Shown: positions 35,697-44,920 of the stretch, in pieces | Position numbering within the stretch: position 1 is the stretch's first letter | Layout: each line of letters opens with the position of its first letter | Assembly (NCBI GenBank): GCA_903919065.1 | Contig: CAIXHD010000293.1 | Location: forward strand, 1 to 61,634 | Length of the DNA stretch: 61,634 nucleotides | DNA from: an uncultured Bacteroidota bacterium | GTDB taxonomy: Bacteria > Bacteroidota > Bacteroidia > Bacteroidales > UBA12481 | Direction: 5' to 3' | Made by a program: the position numbers and the translations under genes | The notes under the pieces: model-generated | Told to the model about the DNA's origin: nothing | The model's input: the letters and a program-made list of their open reading frames with translations, nothing else | Database searches by the model: none

Positions 35697-37967
35697 ATGT
35701 CCTGTTTAAGAGCAAGTTTACTGACCACCCTCTTTTTTAGTCTTTCCATATCGGGATTATTTTCCCAGCAAAATCTGAAATCAAGATTGTCCGACACCGG
35801 GCAATCCGGAAGCTTCACCTCCACCCCGGGCGAAGATTCCGATTCGGCAATTAACCCCCAGTCATTTACCGATAATGGTGATGGTACAATAACTGACAAT
35901 ATCACCGGGCTCATGTGGCAGAAAGTAGACGGAGGCGAGATGACCTTCGAAAATGCGGCCACCTATTGCAGCAGCCTGATATTGGGAGGAAAGGACGACT
36001 GGCGCCTGCCGACCGGAATAGAATTGTTCGGCCTTAATAATTATGACAATCTTAATCCGGCCTTAAACACGGTTTATTTTACCAAAACCCTGGCAGAGTA
36101 CTGGTGGTCCAGTGAAGTTCAGACCGGTGATGCCTCAAAAGTATGGGTGGTAAACGCCGGCGGAGGCATAGGCAACCATCCCAAATCGGAAACCGTAAGT
36201 GCTGGCGGATCGAAGAAATTCCATGTGAGAGCCGTTAGAAATGTCGTCACAAAAGACACCCCGGCCAGTCACTTTACCGATAATGGTGATGGAACCGTAT
36301 CCGACAATTTTACCGGATTAATCTGGCAAAAAATCCAGGCATCAAACAACATGAGCTGGGAGGAAGCGCTGGTCTACAGTAAAACCTTTACCCTGGGAGG
36401 TAATTCCGATTGGAGGCTGCCAAATATCAAGGAAATTCAATCATTGAATGATCCCCTTCTTTCCCGGCCATCATTCAATAAAACTTTTTTCACCGGCATC
36501 AGTTCCGGAAATTTCTGGTCCTCCACTACTTTGCAAAACACTTCGGCAAGGGCCTGGGATATCAATGTTGATTTCGGTGTGGTATCCTATAATGATAAAA
36601 CATTAAAGCAAAATATTCTTCTGGTGCGGGGCGGGCTTGATAATGCCAGCCTGAACCTGATAGAGGCGCTTATCCCCGGAGCAGAATATGAAATGGGCGA
36701 TCACTTTGGGTTTGTCGACCCCAGTCACCCAAGCGATGAACTGCCACTCCACATTGTGCAAGTTGATTCTTTTTATATCGCCAAAACGGAAACCACTAAT
36801 AACCAGTTTCTTGCCTTTCTGAACGCTTCTCTGCTGAAAGGGCTTATCGAGGTAAAAAATAACACCATATACCCGGTGGGTGGCACTGATATTTATGGAT
36901 ACACGCATCAATCAGCCTCTTATTACAGTATCGATTATGACGGGAAGGTATTTTCCATGGCTGATTTCCGTGGAAACCACCCGGTGGTCGGCGTCATGTG
37001 GTTTGGAGCTGCCGCCTTTTGCAACTGGCTCAGTGAACAGAACGGACTCAATACCTGTTATGACCTGAAAACCTGGGTATGCGATTTTACCAAAAACGGT
37101 TATCGCCTGCCTACCGAGGCAGAGTGGGAATATGCCGGAAGGGGCGGACAGAAGAGCCCCTATTATAATTATCCCTGGGGCAATGACCAGGATATTACCA
37201 AGGCAAACTGGCCAGGCTCGGGCGATCCGTATGAGAGTGCGGGTGAGAGTTCCTGGCCGCAAACAACACCTGCCGGGTTTTATGACGGAACACTGAAACT
37301 GAAAACGGAATTCAACTGGCCCGGCAGCGCCATTAGTTACCAGACCTCAAACGGAGCAAATTCTTTTGGTCTGTTTGATATGGCCGGTAATGTATGGGAA
37401 CTGATCAACGACTGGTATGGCCAGAATTATTATTCCATTAGTCCGAAGAATAATCCCACCGGACCGGCTTCAGGATTCATCATGCCCGATGGCAAAGCCT
37501 ATCGTGGAATGCGGGGTGGGAACTGGTACAACGGCTATTCAACAACAGCAATAAATGACGGGCATTCCAGGGTGTCAAATCGCAATCCATCTTATTACCG
37601 GGGCCCCCAGGATCCCAATCATCCCTGGTATCATGTCGGATTCCGGGTAGCCAGAAAATACTCCGGCACCTCTACCGGAATCGATATTGGCGAAAATTTC
37701 CCATCAGGACTTTCCTCGTTAAAAAATTATCCCAACCCATTTCAATCAGCCACCACAATACAGTTTAATCTTGGAAAATCAGAGAATGTCTCCCTGACAA
37801 TTTATGACTCGCTGGGTCAACTGGTTGCCACGATCGTAAACCGGCAGCTAAACGATGGTCCCCACCTCTACCAGTGGAATGCAGAAAAATACCCTCCGGG
37901 GATATATACCTGCCGACTTCAGGCTGATGATCAGCTACTAATAAATAGAATGGTTTTAATTAAATAA
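35697..37967 (+). CDS. secreted fusion: two DUF1566 (Lcl C-terminal-like) domains + FGE/SUMF1-fold domain + T9SS CTD
   Basis: Signal peptide. FTDNGDGTITDNITGLMWQK...DDWRLPT and FTDNGDGTVSDNFTGLIWQK...SDWRLPN are the DUF1566 motifs. FGE-fold motifs: FYIAKTETTN, HPVVGVMWFGAAAFCNW, GYRLPTEAEWEYAGRGG, MAGNVWEL, MRGGNW and HVGFRVARK. C-terminal NYPNPFQSATTIQF...GIYTCRLQAD matches a T9SS CTD. Confidence 0.8.
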   Translation: MSCLRASLLTTLFFSLSISGLFSQQNLKSRLSDTGQSGSFTSTPGEDSDSAINPQSFTDNGDGTITDNITGLMWQKVDGGEMTFENAATYCSSLILGGKDDWRLPTGIELFGLNNYDNLNPALNTVYFTKTLAEYWWSSEVQTGDASKVWVVNAGGGIGNHPKSETVSAGGSKKFHVRAVRNVVTKDTPASHFTDNGDGTVSDNFTGLIWQKIQASNNMSWEEALVYSKTFTLGGNSDWRLPNIKEIQSLNDPLLSRPSFNKTFFTGISSGNFWSSTTLQNTSARAWDINVDFGVVSYNDKTLKQNILLVRGGLDNASLNLIEALIPGAEYEMGDHFGFVDPSHPSDELPLHIVQVDSFYIAKTETTNNQFLAFLNASLLKGLIEVKNNTIYPVGGTDIYGYTHQSASYYSIDYDGKVFSMADFRGNHPVVGVMWFGAAAFCNWLSEQNGLNTCYDLKTWVCDFTKNGYRLPTEAEWEYAGRGGQKSPYYNYPWGNDQDITKANWPGSGDPYESAGESSWPQTTPAGFYDGTLKLKTEFNWPGSAISYQTSNGANSFGLFDMAGNVWELINDWYGQNYYSISPKNNPTGPASGFIMPDGKAYRGMRGGNWYNGYSTTAINDGHSRVSNRNPSYYRGPQDPNHPWYHVGFRVARKYSGTSTGIDIGENFPSGLSSLKNYPNPFQSATTIQFNLGKSENVSLTIYDSLGQLVATIVNRQLNDGPHLYQWNAEKYPPGIYTCRLQADDQLLINRMVLIK

Positions 37968-37980
37968 ATCGATTTCAGTT

Positions 37981-39777
37981 ATGAAAAGGATTCTTCTGAT
38001 TTCAGCAATTTTGGTTGCTGCAGTTTCATCTTATTCACAGGAGTGCTTTTATATCCCTACCGAAACACGCTTCTGGGATTCATCAAAGGCATGTAACGGC
38101 TATACCCTTTTCGGGTCGGGCGGCACCACCTACCTGATCGACATGGAGGGGCATGTGGTCCATACCTGGCGGATTGGCACCAACCCACGCTTTACCGATA
38201 ACGGCACCCTGCTGGATGCGGTTGGAGGTAATCCCAGCAATCAGAATCAATGGAAAGAGCTCGACTGGAACGGAAACACAGTCTGGCAGTATACCGAATC
38301 GCGATCAGGATATTATCCGCATCATGATTTTGTAAAGATCTATAATCCGAAATTAAAGGACTCAACGTTCATGTATATCGCCAACCGGGATATCACATCA
38401 GCCCAGTGTCTGGAAGCGGGCTGCGATCCCGCCAATAATTATACCGGTGCCCAGATGGATGCCGTTGTTGAGGTTGACCGCTCAGGTAATGTTATCTGGG
38501 AATGGTGGTTCTTCAACCATGTCGTGCAGGACATAAATTCCGCAAAATCAACCTATGGAGTGGTTAAGGATAATCCTGGCAAAATCGACCTGAACATGCG
38601 GGGCAACCCGGTGAAGAGCGACTGGCTGCATTGTAATTCCATGGATTATAACCAGGATCTGGATCTTGTGGTAGTCAATTCCGTTCACGGTGAATTTTAT
38701 GTGATCGATCACGGCAACACGTTTATTGCCGGCAAACCCGACAGTTCCATTACTCTGGCGGCATCAACAAAAGGTGATTTCCTTTATCGGTTCGGCGATC
38801 CGGCAAAATATGATCAGGGAGATCCGCCATCGGTGCTGGACAACTGGGAAAAGGCTACCTCGGGACATAAGCAGATGGGTGGCGCGCATAATATCCAGTG
38901 GATTAAATCCGGATTGCCCGGTGCCGGCAATTTCATGGTATTCAATAATGGGCAAAATCTTTTCGAGCTCACCCCGCAGTCCTATATTTATGAGATCAAT
39001 CCTTACATGAACTCCGCGGGGACCAATACCGGCAAATTCGTGAATCCGCCAACGGCGGGCTATAACATCGTGAACTCGCCCGACCGCAATCTGATGAAAG
39101 AAAAGAAAAATGTATCGAAACAAATTGTCTGGAGATATTCCAGCAAGAACAACACCTCATTTTTCAGCACGATCGGATCCGGCACTCAGCGCCTGCCCAA
39201 TGGGAATACTTTTATCTGCTCCATGAACGACGGCCATTTCTTTGAAGTTTCACCTGCTGATACATCCATCGTTTGGGAATACATAAATCCCCTCACCCGT
39301 GATGGCAAGAAGAGAATCAAGGTTGATAATTATCCGACCTACAATGCAGCCTTCCGGGCTTACCGGTATACTGGTGATCATCCGGCGCTTAAGGATAAGG
39401 ATCTCACTGCAGGGGAAACCATTACCGGATTTGATCCGGATTACCTCACCCCGGGGGATATCACTTCCAGCGAGCCCGTGGGCGGATATGCTGCATCCGG
39501 AGGCGATCAGCTTGCACAGAACTATCCCAATCCATTTTCCTATAATACCAGCATCTCCTTTGACCTGGAAAACGGGAAGAGGGTGACTGTGGTAATTTAT
39601 GACCTATCCGGCAAGCAGGTAAAATCATTACTGAATCAGGCTTGCCCGGCCGGCACCTATAATCTCACCTGGGATGGCGCCAGTGATATTGGAAACCGCG
39701 TTCCGAACGGAATGTACTATTATATCCTGACCGCAGATAACCAAAAGATAAGCAAGAAGATGATCTACTCAAGATGA
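37981..39777 (+). CDS. arylsulfotransferase (ASST) family beta-propeller protein with T9SS CTD (paralog 1)
   Basis: Signal peptide. YTLFGSGGTTYLIDMEGHVVHTW, YYPHHD, DWLHCNSMDYN and GEFYVIDH. C-terminal NYPNPFSYNTSISF...GMYYYILTAD matches a T9SS CTD. Confidence 0.7.
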   Translation: MKRILLISAILVAAVSSYSQECFYIPTETRFWDSSKACNGYTLFGSGGTTYLIDMEGHVVHTWRIGTNPRFTDNGTLLDAVGGNPSNQNQWKELDWNGNTVWQYTESRSGYYPHHDFVKIYNPKLKDSTFMYIANRDITSAQCLEAGCDPANNYTGAQMDAVVEVDRSGNVIWEWWFFNHVVQDINSAKSTYGVVKDNPGKIDLNMRGNPVKSDWLHCNSMDYNQDLDLVVVNSVHGEFYVIDHGNTFIAGKPDSSITLAASTKGDFLYRFGDPAKYDQGDPPSVLDNWEKATSGHKQMGGAHNIQWIKSGLPGAGNFMVFNNGQNLFELTPQSYIYEINPYMNSAGTNTGKFVNPPTAGYNIVNSPDRNLMKEKKNVSKQIVWRYSSKNNTSFFSTIGSGTQRLPNGNTFICSMNDGHFFEVSPADTSIVWEYINPLTRDGKKRIKVDNYPTYNAAFRAYRYTGDHPALKDKDLTAGETITGFDPDYLTPGDITSSEPVGGYAASGGDQLAQNYPNPFSYNTSISFDLENGKRVTVVIYDLSGKQVKSLLNQACPAGTYNLTWDGASDIGNRVPNGMYYYILTADNQKISKKMIYSR

Positions 39778-39786
39778 TACAAAACC

Positions 39787-41469
39787 ATGAAAAATAAAGT
39801 AATTAAACTAAGTCTGGCGTTCATCGCATTATCGCTTTTAACAACGCCAATCCAAGCACAAACCCGAACCGTCGGTCTCTTTCTAAATGATACGGCCAAC
39901 GTTTACAAAGGGTACACCCTGTTTGCACCTAAACAATACACAGCCACCTACCTGATCAATAATGAGGGCCGGATGGTACACAAATGGACAGCAAGCCAGT
40001 ATCCTCCCGGTCAATCAGTTTACCTTCTCGAAAACGGGAATCTGCTGCGTACGTGCATGACCAAGGGTCAGCTCAGCAGCGGCGGCGGTGAAGGGGGCCG
40101 GATTGAGGAATACGACTGGAATGACAAACTGGTTTGGAGCCTGGATTTCTCCACCTCAACCTATATGCAGCACCATGATATCAAGCGGTTGCCCAATGGA
40201 AACATTATCATGCTGGTGATTGAGAAAAAGACCTATGCCGAATGTTTAGCGGCGGGTTTTGACCCATCGAAATTCCAACCGGAAATCCAGTCGAAGGGAA
40301 TGATGGTGCCCGATTATGTAGTCGAAATTAAACCTACCTACCCCACCGGAGGCACGGTAGTTTGGGAGTGGCACACCTGGGACCACCTGGTGCAGGACTT
40401 TGATGCTACCAAAACCAATTTCGGGTCGCCAAAATCAAGTCCTGAATTAATTGACTGTGATGGTGACGGAAGAAATCTTCCTGCATTCTGGAACCACATG
40501 AACTCCATCGATTACAATCCGGAATTTGATCAGATAGCCTTAAGCGTAAGGGGAAACAGTGAAGTTTGGATTATCGACCACAGCACCACAACTGCCGAAG
40601 CCAAAGGCCATACCGGCGGCAAGAGAGGAAAAGGCGGTGACCTTCTTTACCGCTGGGGAAATCCGATTACTTATGGTGCAGGTACTAAATCGGACCAGCG
40701 ATATTTTGAGCAGCACGATGTCGAATGGGTTTTGCCGGGCCGCCCCGGAGCAGGCAATATGACCTGCTTTAATAATGGTTTAGGCCGTGGAGGAAACATC
40801 ATTTATTCAACCGTTGATGAATTCACTCCGTCCGTGGATGCAAACGGAAATTACAGTCTGATTTCAGGATCAGCCTTTACTCCGAAGGATTTCACCTGGA
40901 CTTACCAGGGCACCACTGCAAATCCGATGTACTCCGAAAACATCTCAGGAGCCTACCGGCTGCCAAACGGTAATACAATATTATGTTCGGGCACAGTGGG
41001 TCTGTTTCTGGAAGTTACCCCTGCAAAACAAATTGTATGGAAATATATTTGTCCCGTTGATCAGTATGGTCCGATGATGCAAGGCTCAACACCGCTGGCA
41101 GATCCTGCCCGTACATCCGAAACCATGAATTCAGTTTTCAGGATTTACAAATATCCGCTTGATTATGCCGCATTTACCGGCCGGGATATGACCCCGGGGG
41201 ATTTTGTGGAAAAATATTCGACATCAGTGGATAACAGTGAAATTAATTCAAGAGATATTCAGGCATATCCGAACCCATTCTCCGGCAGGATATATCTGAG
41301 CGGACTTAATGGTGATGAGACTTACGATCTGTTTAATGTAAATGGAAAATCCTTCTGGTCGGGTAAAGAGATCGGCCAGAAGGATTTCTCAGAATTGATT
41401 CCGGGATTGTATTATCTGAAGGTTACCCAACAGAAATCAATCCGTGTTTTCAAGCTTATAAAGGAATAA
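39787..41469 (+). CDS. arylsulfotransferase (ASST) family beta-propeller protein with T9SS CTD (paralog 2)
   Basis: Signal peptide. GYTLFAPKQYTATYLINNEGRMVHKW, MQHHD, FWNHMNSIDYN and EVWIIDH. C-terminal AYPNPFSGRIYLSG...GLYYLKVTQ matches a T9SS CTD. Confidence 0.7.
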   Translation: MKNKVIKLSLAFIALSLLTTPIQAQTRTVGLFLNDTANVYKGYTLFAPKQYTATYLINNEGRMVHKWTASQYPPGQSVYLLENGNLLRTCMTKGQLSSGGGEGGRIEEYDWNDKLVWSLDFSTSTYMQHHDIKRLPNGNIIMLVIEKKTYAECLAAGFDPSKFQPEIQSKGMMVPDYVVEIKPTYPTGGTVVWEWHTWDHLVQDFDATKTNFGSPKSSPELIDCDGDGRNLPAFWNHMNSIDYNPEFDQIALSVRGNSEVWIIDHSTTTAEAKGHTGGKRGKGGDLLYRWGNPITYGAGTKSDQRYFEQHDVEWVLPGRPGAGNMTCFNNGLGRGGNIIYSTVDEFTPSVDANGNYSLISGSAFTPKDFTWTYQGTTANPMYSENISGAYRLPNGNTILCSGTVGLFLEVTPAKQIVWKYICPVDQYGPMMQGSTPLADPARTSETMNSVFRIYKYPLDYAAFTGRDMTPGDFVEKYSTSVDNSEINSRDIQAYPNPFSGRIYLSGLNGDETYDLFNVNGKSFWSGKEIGQKDFSELIPGLYYLKVTQQKSIRVFKLIKE

Positions 41470-41483
41470 CAGGTCTGATTCTT

Positions 41484-42188
41484 CTATTTAGATGAGAGCA
41501 CAAATCCGACTTTCACTTCGAAATAACTGTTAGCATCGAAAGTGTCGATATAATTATTTGCCTCAAAGTAAACGACATTTCCTTTTGCCAGGCGTTTTGA
41601 CAGCGAAACACTGATCCGGCTCATAAACCCGTCGTAGGTATTTGAAAATTCTCCATTGGCATCAGAATACTTCTCAGTTCCCATGTCAAAAACTAAAGCA
41701 TAACCGGGCATCAGTGCCCAGCCATCTTCGAGTTGGAATTTAACGCGGGAATCAAATCCGACTAAGCCATCGAGATAACCTTTATAATCTGTAGATAGTC
41801 CTGTACCAGAGCTGAGGTAAGAGTATTTGGAAAAGGCAAAGGTATTTATGCCCATAGTCAATCCAAAGTCAACGCCGATCGTTGGTGTTGCCTGCTTACG
41901 GATCGGCCACCAATTCAGGCAGACCATTAATCCTTTTGAACCTGCATTGTCAAGCAATAATCCTTCTGCATCTTTATCGTAGGCATCTGTATAGAAATTG
42001 GCCTCCAAATCAAGGACTCCTTTATAGGAATAACCCAGATTGGCCAGGTACCCTTTAAAACTGCGTCCTTGTTCATAGCCCAGATTTAGTCCGAATCCAC
42101 TTTTGCCCTTTTCAAGATAAGGAGAAATTTGTGCCACGGCCGGCAATGCCAGGCCAACGATGATGATGATTGCGAATAATTTTTTCAT
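41484..42188 (-). CDS. outer-membrane beta-barrel protein (hypothetical)
   Basis: Signal peptide MKKLFAIIIIVGLALPAVAQ. Alternating strand pattern. Terminal YFEVKVGFVLSSK. Confidence 0.5.
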   Translation of the reverse strand: MKKLFAIIIIVGLALPAVAQISPYLEKGKSGFGLNLGYEQGRSFKGYLANLGYSYKGVLDLEANFYTDAYDKDAEGLLLDNAGSKGLMVCLNWWPIRKQATPTIGVDFGLTMGINTFAFSKYSYLSSGTGLSTDYKGYLDGLVGFDSRVKFQLEDGWALMPGYALVFDMGTEKYSDANGEFSNTYDGFMSRISVSLSKRLAKGNVVYFEANNYIDTFDANSYFEVKVGFVLSSK

Positions 42189-42254
42189 GGTAGTTTGTAT
42201 TGGTTCTGAAATTTACAGAAATTCAATATCAACTACCTAAAAAAACTTCAACTT

Positions 42255-44159
42255 TTAGACCAATCTCGAGAACCGGGCATTTGATTTTGGAAAATCAACC
42301 CCCATGGCGAAAAAAGAAAGAAGTCCCAATATTATCGCGGCAACCGGAATTTCCCATCCGAATTTAGGGTGCACATCTACCACCTTCACCGGGATCATGG
42401 TGAAGCAAACCCCGATCAGTCCCGATGCTATGGCCGTCCACTGATAAAGATGGAGCCCGTCCAGAATGGGAGTTTGAACCTCTCCACGATAGGCCTCCTC
42501 CACAAAACGACCTATCCCGCTTAAAATCAGGTAAATTCCGAAAATAAAGGAATAGGGCATGCGACTCTGCCAGAGGGCCAGCATTACAAACCCCATCAAG
42601 AACAACCACACGATTGAGTAAAGCGGCGTGGGATGAATCAATTTTCCCTTCAGCCCCGACAGGCCACATACCCGGGTACGATCATGAAAATACCGGATTC
42701 CCAGACGGTCATCGTCCGTCGGCCGGCCATGACAGCATCCGTTTGCCAGGCAGCGAAACCGGCCGATTGCCTGCACCCAGGGCATCAGAACAGCTGCCAA
42801 TCCAATCATCAGCCAGACATTATACCCCATGAGCCATAAAATCAATCCGGCAAAAATGATTCCCACAATGGCCCCGTAATAACCGAAAGGACGTTTCAAT
42901 TTATCCGATCCTTCCACCAGCTGAGCCCAGACAGCAGAACAGACCATAAGCACCACTGCAAAAATCAAAATAGGCCATGCATATTCTCGCCCGGCCAGCC
43001 ATCCGGCGAACATGATTCCGAAAATGGCTCCAAATCCGATAATGAAAGCGTGGTTTATAATTCTCACGGGACCGAAAACCCACTCCTTCCAGGAGTTCGC
43101 CAACCTTTCCGCTAGATTTTTCAATTGTATCCAGATCCTCGAATAATTCACAGCCATAACATATATGGTCAGAGAAACCAGCAGATGGAGGTCGGACGAC
43201 CGACTATGAGCCAACTGAACAATGATCAGTAAAGCGACAAAGACAGTCAGGAGAATTCTGTATCGCTTAAACTGGCGGTCATAAGCGTTGTGAGAAAGAA
43301 GAATCAGGAAGAGCGGTATGCTCCCGAAAAGGAATGCCATTTTCTCCGGCACACTGCCAGCGAGGTCAATGGTGGTTAAATACTGTGCTCCGACAGACGG
43401 CCACAAAAGGGAAATGAAAAGCGATAGTCCCAGTCCAAACAATACCCTGATTGTCCATTCCTTTAATAAATCCTCTCTTTTCAGCAAAAAGGGAACCCCA
43501 ATCACAAATACCAGGCTGACAAAGCAAAGATTTCTATTTTCAAAAATCGAATGAAAATCCCATGCCTTACCCATCAATGGAGCAACTCCTCCCACCAGAA
43601 ATCCGGTTATGAAATTCCCTCCCACCAATATCAGAACCACAATGAACAGGGCAGGTAACCGGTCGGTCAAGCCAACCTCACGCATTTCTTCTCCGCCAAT
43701 ATCAAAGAAAGTCCTGATTTTCTGTCCGGGAAACCGTTGTTCCAGGCCTATCTTTTCATATCCCCATACCAGTGCAACCATGGACATAATGGTCACAGGC
43801 GTCACCAGCCATAATCCGCTGGCTGATCCTGCAGCAATTGACGTCCCGCAGACTGCTATACCAAAACCCCAGTATATTGGATGTCTGACGATGCGAAAAG
43901 GTCCTTCAGCAACCAGTTTTTTCGGTGGATAGGGATTCATCGGCAGTCCTTTGCCAAATCGGACAATGGTTAACATTCCCCAGATAATCAACACAACACC
44001 GATAATCAGGATACTGATTCCCACGGGTAAAGATTCTATCGGGGGAAACTTAATGAATGGAGCAGTGAGTTTTGCCCAAAACCAGAGCAATACAGGAATT
44101 ACTGCATTAAAAATCAGTGCATAAAGGACTTTCCCTAAAACTGGATTTATTTTTTTCAT
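42255..44159 (-). CDS. 634-aa polytopic fusion: ICMT/phospholipid-methyltransferase-like N-terminus + Lgt (prolipoprotein diacylglyceryl transferase)-like C-terminus
   Basis: N-terminal GPFRIVRHPIYWGFGIAV is the ICMT/PEMT-family motif. C-terminal GRFRCLANGCCHGRPT aligns to the Lgt signature GR-x-G-N-F-x-N-G-E-x-x-G, with Cys replacing N and E. More than 12 predicted TM helices. The start overlaps the upstream stop by 4 nt. Confidence 0.6.
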   Translation of the reverse strand: MKKINPVLGKVLYALIFNAVIPVLLWFWAKLTAPFIKFPPIESLPVGISILIIGVVLIIWGMLTIVRFGKGLPMNPYPPKKLVAEGPFRIVRHPIYWGFGIAVCGTSIAAGSASGLWLVTPVTIMSMVALVWGYEKIGLEQRFPGQKIRTFFDIGGEEMREVGLTDRLPALFIVVLILVGGNFITGFLVGGVAPLMGKAWDFHSIFENRNLCFVSLVFVIGVPFLLKREDLLKEWTIRVLFGLGLSLFISLLWPSVGAQYLTTIDLAGSVPEKMAFLFGSIPLFLILLSHNAYDRQFKRYRILLTVFVALLIIVQLAHSRSSDLHLLVSLTIYVMAVNYSRIWIQLKNLAERLANSWKEWVFGPVRIINHAFIIGFGAIFGIMFAGWLAGREYAWPILIFAVVLMVCSAVWAQLVEGSDKLKRPFGYYGAIVGIIFAGLILWLMGYNVWLMIGLAAVLMPWVQAIGRFRCLANGCCHGRPTDDDRLGIRYFHDRTRVCGLSGLKGKLIHPTPLYSIVWLFLMGFVMLALWQSRMPYSFIFGIYLILSGIGRFVEEAYRGEVQTPILDGLHLYQWTAIASGLIGVCFTMIPVKVVDVHPKFGWEIPVAAIILGLLSFFAMGVDFPKSNARFSRLV

Positions 44160-44920
44160 TTTCTGATACGCATTTTGAAGTAAAATATCAGCATGGAAAA
44201 AGCAAGAAATCCTGAGCCATATAATAAACTGCTGAGGGAGGCCGAGGTGCCTGAGTATTCAGTAAAAGAGGCGATAATAGCCGATTGTGACGGGAAATAG
44301 GCGGGTAACCAATGGATAATGGCCTGGTTTTGAGCTTCTGCATAAAAAATAGGATTCTGCAGCCATCCGGCATCAATATTCGCCAGTAAAACAATAAGAA
44401 GAATGGCTTCCAGCTCTCCTTCTATGAGACTGCCGACAGCAAGGCCGTAACCACCATAAACGAAACCGGTGAGGGCCAGGCTGAAGATCATCATTCCCAA
44501 ATGAGAAACATGAAAAAAGGTGCTTGTAATCAACCCCACATACACCGAGATCAGTACGATCATCAGGGTGAGGGCGAGAAGATTCGACAGGAGCAGCTCA
44601 AACGGATGATACCCGCACACGATCAGCCGCCGGTTAATTTTACTGTTCTTCTGGATGAGGTTCATTGCCAGAAATGACATCAGAAAACCGGCAACGGCAA
44701 CAGCAAAAAATACTAAGGCGATCTGCTTTTCGCTTGCAACCATAAAAATATTCCCGTCGAGCGAAGAAAGCCGGAACGGGACTTTTCGGTCGGGTGTTGT
44801 GAAGGCCACCACGGAAAAAAACACAACAGGAATAACAGCCAGAAGAATTAATACGATTCGGCGGCGAAGCTGCATCCGCAGAATCATTAATAAGCTGGTC
44901 ATTATTCTATTAATGCTCAT
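44156..44920 (-). CDS. ABC-2-type transporter permease
   Basis: 254 aa with six hydrophobic helices. 4-nt overlaps with both the ATPase gene upstream and the fusion gene downstream. Confidence 0.6.
   Translation of the reverse strand: MSINRIMTSLLMILRMQLRRRIVLILLAVIPVVFFSVVAFTTPDRKVPFRLSSLDGNIFMVASEKQIALVFFAVAVAGFLMSFLAMNLIQKNSKINRRLIVCGYHPFELLLSNLLALTLMIVLISVYVGLITSTFFHVSHLGMMIFSLALTGFVYGGYGLAVGSLIEGELEAILLIVLLANIDAGWLQNPIFYAEAQNQAIIHWLPAYFPSQSAIIASFTEYSGTSASLSSLLYGSGFLAFSMLIFYFKMRIRK

Noticed and set aside
37490-37650. Possible diversity-generating retroelement (DGR) variable region at the C-terminus of the FGE-fold domain (Asn/Tyr/Ser/Thr-rich RGGNWYNGYSTTAINDGHSRVSNRN).
   Set aside because: No reverse-transcriptase ORF exists anywhere in the window, and I could not find a template-repeat copy of this segment nearby. 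Asn-rich ends are also normal for non-variable FGE-fold domains.
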